Part shown: positions 22,789 through 32,335 of the stretch, piece by piece
How positions within the stretch are numbered: the first letter of the stretch is position 1
How the letters are laid out: each line of letters begins with the position of its first letter
Assembly (NCBI GenBank): GCA_963695545.1
Contig: OY968796.1
Span: 2,880,001-2,944,000 of the forward strand
Direction: 5' to 3'
Length of the DNA: 64,000 nt
Source: Terriglobia bacterium
Lineage (GTDB): Bacteria; Acidobacteriota; Terriglobia; Acidiferrales; UBA7541
Translations under genes and position numbers: made by a program
Notes under the pieces: generated by a model
The model's database searches: none
Told to the model about the DNA's origin: nothing
The model's input: the letters and a program-made list of their open reading frames with translations, nothing else

Positions 22789-23691
22789 GTGAAACGCGGC
22801 ATCCATCAAAGCAACGCAATTCGCGCGCGCCGGTCGCGCCTGATTTTGATTGTCCTCGCATGCCTGGCTCTTCTCGCGTCGTTTTCGCCGCCGGCGTTTG
22901 CCCGCTCCACGCGCGTCGCACGCTCCACACGCGCCGCCCGCGCTGCGCGCATGGCGCGCGCTGCCAGATACGCCAGGGCCACTCGCTCGACCAGAACTCC
23001 GCGCCCCGTCGTTCGCGACAACTTTCGCACAACTTTTCCCGAACCAGCCGCGCGTGTCCATCGCGCGCTGTGGACGCCGCTGTTCCGTCCGTCGCACGAA
23101 TCCATGGTGATTCAGAACGAAGAAATCGATCGGCTCGGTCTGCCGCGCATCCAGAATCAGGAGCAGCTCGACGAACTGGTCGAGAGCGGAGACTTGGTTC
23201 CCATCGTTCCGAATCAAACTCTGCGCATTGATCCGCGCCTTGATCCCGATCGCCGCTATTGCCGTCCGTGGACGCTCGATTTCGTGAACGATCTAAGCGA
23301 AGCTTATTTCCGCGAGTTCCACGACCAGATTCAAATCAATTCCGCCGTTCGCACCGTCGAAGTGCAGGAGCAGCTGCGCCGCTACAATTCAAATGCCGCG
23401 CCCGAGTCGGGCGATCTGGCCTCCTCTCATTTGGCCGGCATCACCGTGGATATCCAGCGTCTCGGCATGACCATGCCCGAGATCAAGTGGGTCGAACAAT
23501 ATATGTTGCCGCTCCACGATGCGGGCTTGATCGAGCCCGAAGAAGAGCGCCATCAGCGCTGCTTCCACGTGATGGTCTCGAATCGTTATGAAGACTGGCG
23601 CGCACCGCAAGCGCGCGCCGGCACCGGCTCCGATGCGGCGCCCGATGACACCACACACGCTTCGCCGGACCCATCGGACGCGCCGCAGTAA
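22789..23691 (+). CDS. exported DUF5715-like protein, possible M15/Hedgehog-fold Zn peptidase
   Basis: signal peptide ending PAFA; SAVRT..Q..L...N.NAA, SSHLAGITVDI, EEE...CFHVMV. Confidence 0.75.
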   Translation: MKRGIHQSNAIRARRSRLILIVLACLALLASFSPPAFARSTRVARSTRAARAARMARAARYARATRSTRTPRPVVRDNFRTTFPEPAARVHRALWTPLFRPSHESMVIQNEEIDRLGLPRIQNQEQLDELVESGDLVPIVPNQTLRIDPRLDPDRRYCRPWTLDFVNDLSEAYFREFHDQIQINSAVRTVEVQEQLRRYNSNAAPESGDLASSHLAGITVDIQRLGMTMPEIKWVEQYMLPLHDAGLIEPEEERHQRCFHVMVSNRYEDWRAPQARAGTGSDAAPDDTTHASPDPSDAPQ

Positions 23692-23731
23692 TTTTCTGAG
23701 GTTTGTTTCACCGGAACGCGGCGGAAAAAAA

Positions 23732-26632
23732 TCAGGGCGTTCCGAGTCCCAGGCCCGCGAGAATCGCGTCGTGCACTGCAGGCCGAGCCTGCACAATTTT
23801 CTCGTTCTCGCGCGTCGGGTAAACGCGATTCGTCAGCAGCACCACGAACAAATCGCGCGATGGGTCGATCCAGATTGAAGTGCCGGTGAATCCAAGATGT
23901 CCGAAAGTTCCCGGCGCAAAGTAATGCCCGCTCGCGGAATCCGCCGTCGGCAGCATCCAGCCGAGCGTGCGCGTCGCCGGCGCCAGCGGCGCGGGCGAAG
24001 TGAATTGCGCGATGGTCGCGCGCTGAAGCATTCGCCGGTGCGCATAAATGCCGCCGTTCAGCAGCATCTGGCAGAACGCGGCAAGGTCCGGCGCGCTCGC
24101 GAACATCCCCGCGTGCCCCGCCACGCCGCCCATCGCGAACGCATTCTCGTCGTGAACTTCGCCGTGAATTAAACGCTTCCTCCACGTCGCGTCCATTTCG
24201 GTCGGCGCGATCTGCAACATCAGCGCGGCCGGCGGGCGATACATCGCGTGCGTCATACCGAGCGGATCGAAAATTCGTTCGCGCGCCAGTTGATCGAGCG
24301 GCCGCCCCGTTACTCGCTGCACAATTTCGCCGAGCAAAATAAATCCAAGATCCGAATAAACCGATTGCGTTCCCGGTTCGTACGCCAGCGGTACGGCGCA
24401 AATCGCTGCGATCATTTCCTGCGGCGTCTTCACCGTCTTGTAAAAATCTTCGTGCGCCGGCAATCCCGAAGTGTGCGTGAGCAAATATCGCAGCGTGACT
24501 TTCGCTCTCCACTCCGGCTGCGGCCCCGTCGCCCATTCCGGAATGTAGCGCGCCACCGGCGCATCGAGATCGAGTTGCCCCGCTTCCGTCAGCATCGCCA
24601 CAAGCGTCGTCGTCACCACGGATTTCGTGAGCGACGCCGCGTCGTACATCGTATCCGCCGTAACGGCAGGCGATGTCGCGTCGTAAGTCTGCCGCCCAAA
24701 CGCGTGCACCGCGAGTTGTCCGTTGTATCCGACGGCGACGACTCCTCCCGGGAACGCGCGATCGGTCACGGCCGCGTCAAGCGCGGCGTATGCTGGCGCG
24801 AGTTTTGTTTCCATCGCGGCATCGGCCGGAACAAGTTTCATCGGATTCGCGGGCACATCGATCCCCGCGCCCAGCGCGGCCCCCCCGGGAATCGTCACCG
24901 GCAATCGTCCGCCTATTGCAACCTGACCAAACATCGCGCGCCCCACGGCGCGCTGTGCCACGTCGGAAGTGCTGAATGCGGCGATCCAGGTTTTTGCATT
25001 TGGAAATCGCGACTGAAGATATGGACTGCCGAAGCACGCCACAATCGATGTTTTACCCGACGCGAGCACCGCATTCACCAGCGCCGCTTCGTCGTCCGGC
25101 AATCCGACCGAGCCTTTGCGGTCCGCCACTTGAACCAGCACGGCCGCGATGGCCACGTCATAGCTCGAAGCTGGCGGCAACTTTATCTGCGCCGCGCTCG
25201 AAAATCGTGTGTCGGCGCGCAGCACTTGCAGCGAATCGACGCGCGGCCGAATCTCCTGCTCGAAATCTCCGCCCGGGTTGGGATTCGGATCGGCCGAAAC
25301 AATCACCAGCAACACGCGCAGCGGCCGCGTGGAATCGAGCGGCAGCGCGTGCTGCGAATCGGTCAGCAGCGTCACGCCGCGATCGGCAATATCCTGCGCC
25401 GTGCGCTCGAATTCCGGCTTGCCGAGCGTTTTCGCGATGTCGTCGAGGTTCACAAATCGCTGCGTCTCGAGATTCAAGTGAGCCTTGGCGACCAGAATGT
25501 GCGTCACCGCATCGTCGATGCGAGAGATTGGGATGCGCTTGCTCACGACCGCTTCGCGCAGCGCGGCAAACGCCGCATCGGGGGTTGGTGGAATCAGTAG
25601 CACATCAGCACCGGCAAGCACGGCGCGCACCGCGGCTTCTCCGGGAGGATAGATTGCCGTGACGCCGCCCATGTCCATCGCGTCAGTGACGACGAGGCCG
25701 CGAAATCCCATGGTCTTGCGCAATAGATCGGTGGTAATCAACGGCGAAAGCGACGCCGGAACTTTCGGATCGGGATCAAGCGCGAGCACAGCCAAGTGAC
25801 CCGTCATGATTGTGCTCGCGCCCGCGGCGATCGCCGCGCGAAACGGCGCGAGGTCCACGCGATCGAGCTGCGCGCGATCCTCGGTGACTGTGGGCAGCGC
25901 AAGATGCGAATCGGTGCTGGTATCGCCGTGTCCGGGGAAATGTTTCGCGGAAGCCAGCGCGCCGTTTTCCTCCACGCCGCGCACAAACGCGGCCACGAAT
26001 TCGGAAACGCGCTCCGGATCTTCGCCGAACGAACGCGTGTTGATGATGGGATTAGCGGGATTGCTATTCACGTCCGCGTCCGGCGCGAGCACCCAATTCA
26101 CTCCGACGGCGCGCGCTTCAATCGCGGTGATTCGGCCCATCGCATAGGCGTCGGCGGGGCGGCCCGTCGCGGCCACGGCCATGGCGTGCGGAAACGAAGT
26201 GCCTTCATCGAGACGCATGGCGGTGCCGCGCTCGAAATCCGCCGCGACCAGGAGCGGAATTGCCGCGCGCCGTTGCAAGTCGTTCGCCAGAATCGCTGTG
26301 GGATACGCCTGGCTGAAAGTCAGGCCCGTCGGAGTCACCTGCGTTTTCAGAATGAAGCCGCCGACGTGCAGTTGCTCGACATCGCGCACCAGCTCGCGAT
26401 GCTCGGGACTCTCCGCCGGGGTGAATCCGCCGTAGTAGTAGACCACCAGTAGCTGCCCGATCTTCTGATCGAGCGTCATTTTTGCCAAAGTGTCGCGCAC
26501 CCAGCGCTCGCTCGCGGCGCTATCGGTTGAGCGAGCAGATGCGGCTTGTTTCGGGCGCGTGGGTTTGGCGGTGCCCGCGGTGCGTGCCATCAGAAGAATG
26601 GAGAGCAGAAGCAGCCAGACATTCGTTTTCAC
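23732..26632 (-). CDS. GH3 beta-N-acetylglucosaminidase (NagZ-type) fused to a C-terminal beta-lactamase-family serine hydrolase (AmiE-like)
   Basis: KHFPGHGDTSTDSH NagZ motif, TDAMDM; ASLTK (SxxK), YSD, GHAG, GHLGFTG. Confidence 0.93.
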   Translation of the reverse strand: MKTNVWLLLLSILLMARTAGTAKPTRPKQAASARSTDSAASERWVRDTLAKMTLDQKIGQLLVVYYYGGFTPAESPEHRELVRDVEQLHVGGFILKTQVTPTGLTFSQAYPTAILANDLQRRAAIPLLVAADFERGTAMRLDEGTSFPHAMAVAATGRPADAYAMGRITAIEARAVGVNWVLAPDADVNSNPANPIINTRSFGEDPERVSEFVAAFVRGVEENGALASAKHFPGHGDTSTDSHLALPTVTEDRAQLDRVDLAPFRAAIAAGASTIMTGHLAVLALDPDPKVPASLSPLITTDLLRKTMGFRGLVVTDAMDMGGVTAIYPPGEAAVRAVLAGADVLLIPPTPDAAFAALREAVVSKRIPISRIDDAVTHILVAKAHLNLETQRFVNLDDIAKTLGKPEFERTAQDIADRGVTLLTDSQHALPLDSTRPLRVLLVIVSADPNPNPGGDFEQEIRPRVDSLQVLRADTRFSSAAQIKLPPASSYDVAIAAVLVQVADRKGSVGLPDDEAALVNAVLASGKTSIVACFGSPYLQSRFPNAKTWIAAFSTSDVAQRAVGRAMFGQVAIGGRLPVTIPGGAALGAGIDVPANPMKLVPADAAMETKLAPAYAALDAAVTDRAFPGGVVAVGYNGQLAVHAFGRQTYDATSPAVTADTMYDAASLTKSVVTTTLVAMLTEAGQLDLDAPVARYIPEWATGPQPEWRAKVTLRYLLTHTSGLPAHEDFYKTVKTPQEMIAAICAVPLAYEPGTQSVYSDLGFILLGEIVQRVTGRPLDQLARERIFDPLGMTHAMYRPPAALMLQIAPTEMDATWRKRLIHGEVHDENAFAMGGVAGHAGMFASAPDLAAFCQMLLNGGIYAHRRMLQRATIAQFTSPAPLAPATRTLGWMLPTADSASGHYFAPGTFGHLGFTGTSIWIDPSRDLFVVLLTNRVYPTRENEKIVQARPAVHDAILAGLGLGTP

Positions 26633-26775
26633 GTCCGCGGCCGGTCGCGCGAAGTTGACGCGTGCATCGTGTGGCAGTATATAGCACGGCGCTCGCAGCG
26701 GACAATGAGGCCGCCGCACGTTGCGGCACAAATTCGCCAACATGCGCCGCGCTGCGCTTCGAGACTGAAAATAAA

Positions 26776-28065
26776 ATGACGCTCGGGCGAAAATCGAGAT
26801 CGCGGATCCACCTCGTCCGGCGGCGCGCGCGGCCGCTCACGCCACATTTTCTGTTCGCCATGTGGTGCGCGCTTGCCGCGCTCGCTGCTCCAAAGCTACT
26901 CGCGCAGAGCGCGCCGTCGGCCGGCGCAAGCGATGGCGGAACGCTCGCCGGAATCGACGTCCTCGAAGCCGAGAATTTCCGACCACTCGCCGGCAAGCGC
27001 ATCGGCCTCGTCACAAACCAGACCGGCGTCGATCGCGAAGGACGCGGCACAATCGCGCTGCTGGCGCATGCACCCGGAGTGAAACTCGTCGCGCTGTTCA
27101 GTCCCGAGCACGGCATCGCGGGGACCGCCGACGCTACAGTGGCTTCGTCCACCGATATCGCGACTGGCGTGCCGGTTTACAGTTTGTATGGCGAAAACAA
27201 GCGTCCGACCGACGCGATGCTGAATGGAGTGGATGCGCTGGTGTTCGATCTTCAGGATGCAGGCGTGCGCTTCTACACCTACATCACGACGATGGGCTAC
27301 GCGATGGAAGCGGCCGCGCAACATCACATCGCGTTCTACGTTTTGGATCGTCCCGATCCGCTCGGCGGCGAGCGCGTTGAGGGACCAATGCTCGATCCCG
27401 ATCGAATTGCCTACACCGCGTATTTCCCGATGCCCGTGATTCCCGGCATGACGCTCGGCGAAATGGCGCGCATGTTCAACGCCGAAAATCATATCGGCTG
27501 CGATTTGCGCGTGATCGAAATGCGCAACTGGCGGCGCAGCGAGTGGTTCGATCAAACGGGTCTCCCGTGGATTAGCCCATCGCCAAATCTGCGTTCATTC
27601 CAAGCCGAGATAGTTTACCCCGGCCTCGAAATCTTGCAGAACGCCGGAGTCTCGGTGGGCCGCGGCACGCCCGCGCCATTCGAGCAGTTCGGCGCGCCAT
27701 GGATTCAGAGTCAGCAACTCGTCGACGCGCTCAATCGACGCAATATTCCCGGCGCGCGTTTCGCGCCCGCGCAATTCACACCGGCGACGGACCTCTATCA
27801 AGGCCAGATTTGCGAAGGCGCGCGCATGGAGGTGACCGATCGCGCGGCGTTTGACCCCATGCCGGCGGGCGTTGAAATCGCGGCGGCGCTCCGGCAACTG
27901 TATCCCGCGAATTTCGATCCGCAGAAAATGATGTTCTTGCTCGGCAGCGAGACTACGGTTGATCAACTCGAGCACGGCGACGCGCCAAAGATGATTGTGG
28001 CCCGGTGGAAGGAAAGTCTGGCGCCTTTCATGGCCATGCGAGCAAAATACCTGCTGTATCCGTAG
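26776..28065 (+). CDS. exo-beta-N-acetylmuramidase NamZ family (DUF1343)
   Basis: GLVTNQTG, FSPEHG, DLQDAGVRFYTY, DRPDP, SPNL, SVGRGT. Confidence 0.92.
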   Translation: MTLGRKSRSRIHLVRRRARPLTPHFLFAMWCALAALAAPKLLAQSAPSAGASDGGTLAGIDVLEAENFRPLAGKRIGLVTNQTGVDREGRGTIALLAHAPGVKLVALFSPEHGIAGTADATVASSTDIATGVPVYSLYGENKRPTDAMLNGVDALVFDLQDAGVRFYTYITTMGYAMEAAAQHHIAFYVLDRPDPLGGERVEGPMLDPDRIAYTAYFPMPVIPGMTLGEMARMFNAENHIGCDLRVIEMRNWRRSEWFDQTGLPWISPSPNLRSFQAEIVYPGLEILQNAGVSVGRGTPAPFEQFGAPWIQSQQLVDALNRRNIPGARFAPAQFTPATDLYQGQICEGARMEVTDRAAFDPMPAGVEIAAALRQLYPANFDPQKMMFLLGSETTVDQLEHGDAPKMIVARWKESLAPFMAMRAKYLLYP

Positions 28066-28114
28066 GTTCGGCCGAGACACCGCGCAATCTGGGCGGCGAT
28101 CCGCAAGGTGGCGA

Positions 28115-28798
28115 ATGGCACGTGAAAAAATCTGGTTGTCGTGGAGCAGCGGCAAGGACAGCGCCTGGAGTCTGCACACACTGCGCCAGGGAGATGAGTA
28201 CGAAGTTGTGGCGCTGCTGACGACCGTCAACCAGGAATTCAATCGCGTCGCGATGCACGCCGTGCGTGAAGCGGTGCTCGAAGCGCAAGCCGCCGCGCTC
28301 GGATTGCCTCTGGTGAAAGTTCCGATTCCGTCGCCGTGCCCCAACGAAGTCTATGAGTCCGCCATGGCGCAGGCCATGGAGCGGGCGCGCGCGGAAGGAA
28401 TTTCTCGAATCGCGTTTGGCGATTTGTTTCTTGAAGATATCCGCAAATATCGCGAAGAAAAACTGGCGTCGGTGAACATGCAGCCGGTGTTTCCGATCTG
28501 GGGAATTGAAACGCGATCGCTGGCGCACGCCATGGTGCGCTCAGGCCTGCGCGCAATTGTCACCTGCGTGAATCCGAAACTGCTCGATCCGCGATTCGCA
28601 GGGCGTATTTTCGACGACCAGCTTCTGGCGGAGTTGCCGGAGTCGGTGGATCCGTGCGCGGAACGCGGTGAATTTCACACCTGCGTCTACGCTGGGCCGA
28701 TGTTCATAAAGCCGCTGCCCGTTCACGCGGGCGAAATCGTCATGCGCGATGGGTTTGTGTTCGCCGATGCGCTGCTATCGGATGCGGCGCAGGGCTGA
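28115..28798 (+). CDS. PP-loop ATP-binding protein (diphthamide-synthase/DUF71-like)
   Basis: SWSSGKDS, FGDLFL, DPCAERGEFHT. Confidence 0.9.
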   Translation: MAREKIWLSWSSGKDSAWSLHTLRQGDEYEVVALLTTVNQEFNRVAMHAVREAVLEAQAAALGLPLVKVPIPSPCPNEVYESAMAQAMERARAEGISRIAFGDLFLEDIRKYREEKLASVNMQPVFPIWGIETRSLAHAMVRSGLRAIVTCVNPKLLDPRFAGRIFDDQLLAELPESVDPCAERGEFHTCVYAGPMFIKPLPVHAGEIVMRDGFVFADALLSDAAQG

Positions 28799-28812
28799 TT
28801 TTTCCGACCGAT

Positions 28813-29748
28813 ATGGCGAACATGCGCATCGTTTCTCTGATCCCTTCGGCCACGGAAATATTATTCGCGCTCGGACTGGGCGATGAAATTTGCGGCGTCA
28901 GCCACGAGTGCGATTTTCCGGCCGAAGCGCGCACCAAGCGAGTGGTGGTGCATCCGCGCATTCCGGAAGGTTTGGCCGCCGGCGAAATTGAGCGGCGAGT
29001 GCGCGATTACGTCTCGCGTGGAGAGAGTTTGTATGTCGTGGACGCCGCGGCGCTTGCCGAACTCGATCCGGATCTGATCATCACGCAGGATTTGTGCCAC
29101 GTGTGCGCGGCGACGCCGGACGATCTGGCCGCTGCTCTCAATGGCCTAGCGCGCATGCCGCGCATTCTAACGCTCGATCCGCAATCGCTCGACGACGTCT
29201 ATGACAATATTCGGCTCGTCGCCGAGACCGCCGGTCGCGCATCCGAGGCTGCGCGAGTAATCGGCGCGCTGCAGAGTCGCGTCGCGGCCGTCGGGCGCGC
29301 TGTCGCTGGCCGCACGCGCCCGCGAGTGTTGTGTCTTGAGTGGCTCGACCCGCCGTATCCCGGCGGGCACTGGGTTCCTGAGATGGTCGAGCACGCTGGA
29401 GGAATTGACGTGTTGGGCAGCGTGCGCGTGCCGTCTGCGCCCGTCGCTTGGGACGCGGTGCTCGCGACGCAGCCGGACATCGCAGTGATCATGCCGTGCG
29501 GCTACGGCGCCGAAAAAGCTGCGTCGGAATATGCCGCGGCGCCATTTCCGGCGGGATGGACCGATCTGCCGGCGGTTCGCGCGGGTCGCGTGTTCTGCGT
29601 GGATGGCTCAAGTTATTATTCGCGTTCGGGGCCGCGACTCGTGGACGGAATCGAAATCCTTGCCGGGTTACTGCATCCCGAATGCGCGGACGTAATCGCT
29701 CCGCCGCCGGCCGGCGCGATCGCGCCGCTAGCGCGAGCGGTGCGTTAG
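28813..29748 (+). CDS. cobalamin/iron-siderophore binding protein (BtuF-like)
   Basis: RIVSLIPSATEILFALG, PDLIITQDLC, EWLDPP, SRSGPRLVDG. Confidence 0.88.
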   Translation: MANMRIVSLIPSATEILFALGLGDEICGVSHECDFPAEARTKRVVVHPRIPEGLAAGEIERRVRDYVSRGESLYVVDAAALAELDPDLIITQDLCHVCAATPDDLAAALNGLARMPRILTLDPQSLDDVYDNIRLVAETAGRASEAARVIGALQSRVAAVGRAVAGRTRPRVLCLEWLDPPYPGGHWVPEMVEHAGGIDVLGSVRVPSAPVAWDAVLATQPDIAVIMPCGYGAEKAASEYAAAPFPAGWTDLPAVRAGRVFCVDGSSYYSRSGPRLVDGIEILAGLLHPECADVIAPPPAGAIAPLARAVR

Positions 29749-29779
29749 CGCCCACGCGATCACGTGTGCAAATCGCAAA

Positions 29780-31276
29780 TCAAGCCTCGCGTTGCTCGCG
29801 AGTGGGAGTGCGCGCGCCGAAGATCAGGCTCGCGAGCGCCCCGACAGCAAATGTGACGAGCGCGCCGGCCAGCACGTACCATGTCCAATCGAGCCATTTC
29901 ATTTTGTGAATCAGCACCAGCGCCGCGAGGCCTGCAAACATTCCAAGTATCGCGCCGGCTTGATTCGCGCGCCGATCGAGCGTGCCAAGCAGAAAGAGTC
30001 CGAGCAAACTTCCGTAAGTGATCGAAGCGATCGTGAGGCCCGCTTCGAGCACAGGTCCCCAATGCGCGGTTCCCAGCGCGAGCACGGCCGCGCCCCAGGC
30101 GACCGTCATCCATCGCGAACGACGAAGCAATCGCGCTTGATCCGCGCCGGCGACATCGCCGCCAAACCCGCGCGCGCCGGCCCAGATCGCGCGAAAATCG
30201 AGCACGCTGGAAGCCGCAAGGGAATTAAGCGATCCGCTCAGATTGGACATGGCTACAGCCAAAATCGATGCGATCACCAAGCCGCGCAGCCCCACCGGCA
30301 GCGCGGTGATGATGAACTGCGGAAAAACACTGTCGTAACTTTGCCCTGCGACGATTGCGGGAGCGCCATCGCGCACAAACAGCATCACGCCTATCAGCAG
30401 GAACAAAGCGAACTGCGCGAAAATAATCACACCGCTCGCGAGCAACGCCCATTTGCTTTCGCGCTCGGATTTCGCGGAGAGCAGACGCTGCACGATCGTT
30501 TGATCGGTTCCGTGACTCGCCATCGTCAAGAACCCGCCGCCGATCACGCCGGACCAGAACGTGTAAGTCTTCGCAGGATTTCCGAGAGCGCGCCAACTGA
30601 ACGAAAAATCGAACACACGCAATTTGTTTCCGGCAACGGCGGAAACGCGCACGACTTCGCTCCATCCGCCCGGAATGCCGTGCAAGAGCAAAGCAAACGC
30701 CAAAAGTGAGCCCGCGAGATAGAGGCATGCCTGCACCACGTCGGTCCAGATCACGGCTTTCATTCCGCCCTCAAACGTGTAGAGCAGTGTTAGCGCCACA
30801 ACCACCGCGGCCGATGCGCGCGGACCGGTGCCGAGCGCGGCGCTCACCACCAGGCCGACCGCGGCCACGCGCACGCCTTCGGCGAGCACGCGCGTAAGGA
30901 GAAAAGTGGCGGCCGCGGCACGTTTCGCTTCTTGACCGAACCGCCGCTCGATAAATTGATACGCAGTGAAGAATTCACCGCGAAAATAGTGGGGCAGAAA
31001 CAGCAGCACGATCGCGACGCGGCCCACCAGATAGCCCATCACCACTTGCAGAAATCCCAGGTTACCGGCGTAGGCGAGAGCCGGCGTGCCGATGATTGTC
31101 AGCGTGGAGGTTTCCGTGGCGACGATGGAAAATGCCAGCGCCCACCACGGCGCGGTGCGCCCGCCGAGCAGATAATCGCGCAGCGAGTGCTGATTACGCC
31201 GAAACGCGATTCCGAGCAGCGTAACGCCCGCCAAATAGGCGATAATGATGCCCAGGTCGATCGCGCGAAGTTGCAT
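29780..31276 (-). CDS. sodium:solute symporter
   Basis: SIVATETS, GGMKAVIWTDVVQ, GTDQTIVQRLL; ~13 TM. Confidence 0.95.
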   Translation of the reverse strand: MQLRAIDLGIIIAYLAGVTLLGIAFRRNQHSLRDYLLGGRTAPWWALAFSIVATETSTLTIIGTPALAYAGNLGFLQVVMGYLVGRVAIVLLFLPHYFRGEFFTAYQFIERRFGQEAKRAAAATFLLTRVLAEGVRVAAVGLVVSAALGTGPRASAAVVVALTLLYTFEGGMKAVIWTDVVQACLYLAGSLLAFALLLHGIPGGWSEVVRVSAVAGNKLRVFDFSFSWRALGNPAKTYTFWSGVIGGGFLTMASHGTDQTIVQRLLSAKSERESKWALLASGVIIFAQFALFLLIGVMLFVRDGAPAIVAGQSYDSVFPQFIITALPVGLRGLVIASILAVAMSNLSGSLNSLAASSVLDFRAIWAGARGFGGDVAGADQARLLRRSRWMTVAWGAAVLALGTAHWGPVLEAGLTIASITYGSLLGLFLLGTLDRRANQAGAILGMFAGLAALVLIHKMKWLDWTWYVLAGALVTFAVGALASLIFGARTPTREQREA

Positions 31277-31378
31277 CGCCCCCAGCCCCGCAAATTCGCG
31301 CGATGATAGTGGCGAGATCGGAATCGGGTCAAGCCAAGTTCGCCGCTTGCAGTTCTTGGGTCAGGAGAAGTTTCTAAA

Positions 31379-32335
31379 ATGTCGAAGTATTCGCTGGGCG
31401 TGGACGGGGGCGGCACGAAAACCGACTGCGTGATCCTGCGTGGCGACGGCGAAATCGTGGGACGCGGCTCGGCCGGCGCCTCGAATCCATTGCGCGTGGG
31501 ATTTCCGGCCGCGTTTGAGGCCGTGCGCAGCGCCGCGTCCATCGCGTTGGGCGAAGCCGATTTGTTGCCGCTGCAGATCGGCGCGGCGGTCACAGGTCTT
31601 GCCGGAGCCGGGCGGCGCAACACTGTGCGCCGCGCGCTGGTATTTCTCACGCAGATGCTTCCGAACGCCACGAATTTTGTGACGACCGATCTTGAAATTG
31701 CGCTCGAGACCGCCGTCGGTGAGGGAGAAGGCGTGGTGCTGGTTGCGGGAACCGGGTCGGCGGCATTTGGCCGCAGCGCCGCGGGAGAAACGGCGCGCGC
31801 CGGAGGTTTCGGTCCGTGGATCGGCGATGAGGGTAGCGCGTACGATGTCGGTCGACGCGCCGTGGCGGCCGTGGCGCAGACGCGCGATCACGCGGCGCCG
31901 GTGACGCTGCTGGCGGAAATGATCGCGGCGGATCTCGATTGTCCCTCTTGGGACGATCTCCACGATCGCATCGCACAGAATCCCGACAGCGTGTTTCCAA
32001 AGATTTTCCCGGTGGTTGTGGCTGCGGCCGACGCCGGGGACAGCGCGGCGCAAGAAATTCTGTTCGCGGCGGCGCTGGCGCTGGCGCAGTTGGCGCTGAT
32101 TGTCGCGCGCCGACTCGATTTGCAAGCCAAAACGTTTCCGCTGGCTTGCGCGGGCGGCGTGTTCGGCAGGAGCCGCACGCTGGATGGCATGCTCGAATCG
32201 GTGCTGCGCAGCGGCGCGCCATTGGCGGATATCACGCAACTGAAAATTTCTCCGGCCGTCGGCGCGGCGCGCATGGCGCAGCGACTGGCGGGGCCGCTGG
32301 CCGCTTCGGCGACACATGGCGGAGCGTACCGCTAG
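31379..32335 (+). CDS. BadF/BadG/BcrA/BcrD-family amino-sugar kinase (GlcNAc/MurNAc kinase-like)
   Basis: GVDGGGTKT, AGTGS, GGFGPWIGDEGS. Confidence 0.9.
   Translation: MSKYSLGVDGGGTKTDCVILRGDGEIVGRGSAGASNPLRVGFPAAFEAVRSAASIALGEADLLPLQIGAAVTGLAGAGRRNTVRRALVFLTQMLPNATNFVTTDLEIALETAVGEGEGVVLVAGTGSAAFGRSAAGETARAGGFGPWIGDEGSAYDVGRRAVAAVAQTRDHAAPVTLLAEMIAADLDCPSWDDLHDRIAQNPDSVFPKIFPVVVAAADAGDSAAQEILFAAALALAQLALIVARRLDLQAKTFPLACAGGVFGRSRTLDGMLESVLRSGAPLADITQLKISPAVGAARMAQRLAGPLAASATHGGAYR

Noticed and set aside
19828..23691. 1287-aa + strand ORF
   Set aside because: Mostly the antisense shadow of murA and murQ (Arg/Pro/His-rich, non-protein-like) running by chance into the real gene at 22789; stop-free antisense frames are common at this GC.
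23732..24850. Beta-lactam resistance gene
   Set aside because: The SxxK domain is fused to a NagZ-type GH3 in a murein recycling context, so an AmiE-like amidase/esterase is more parsimonious.
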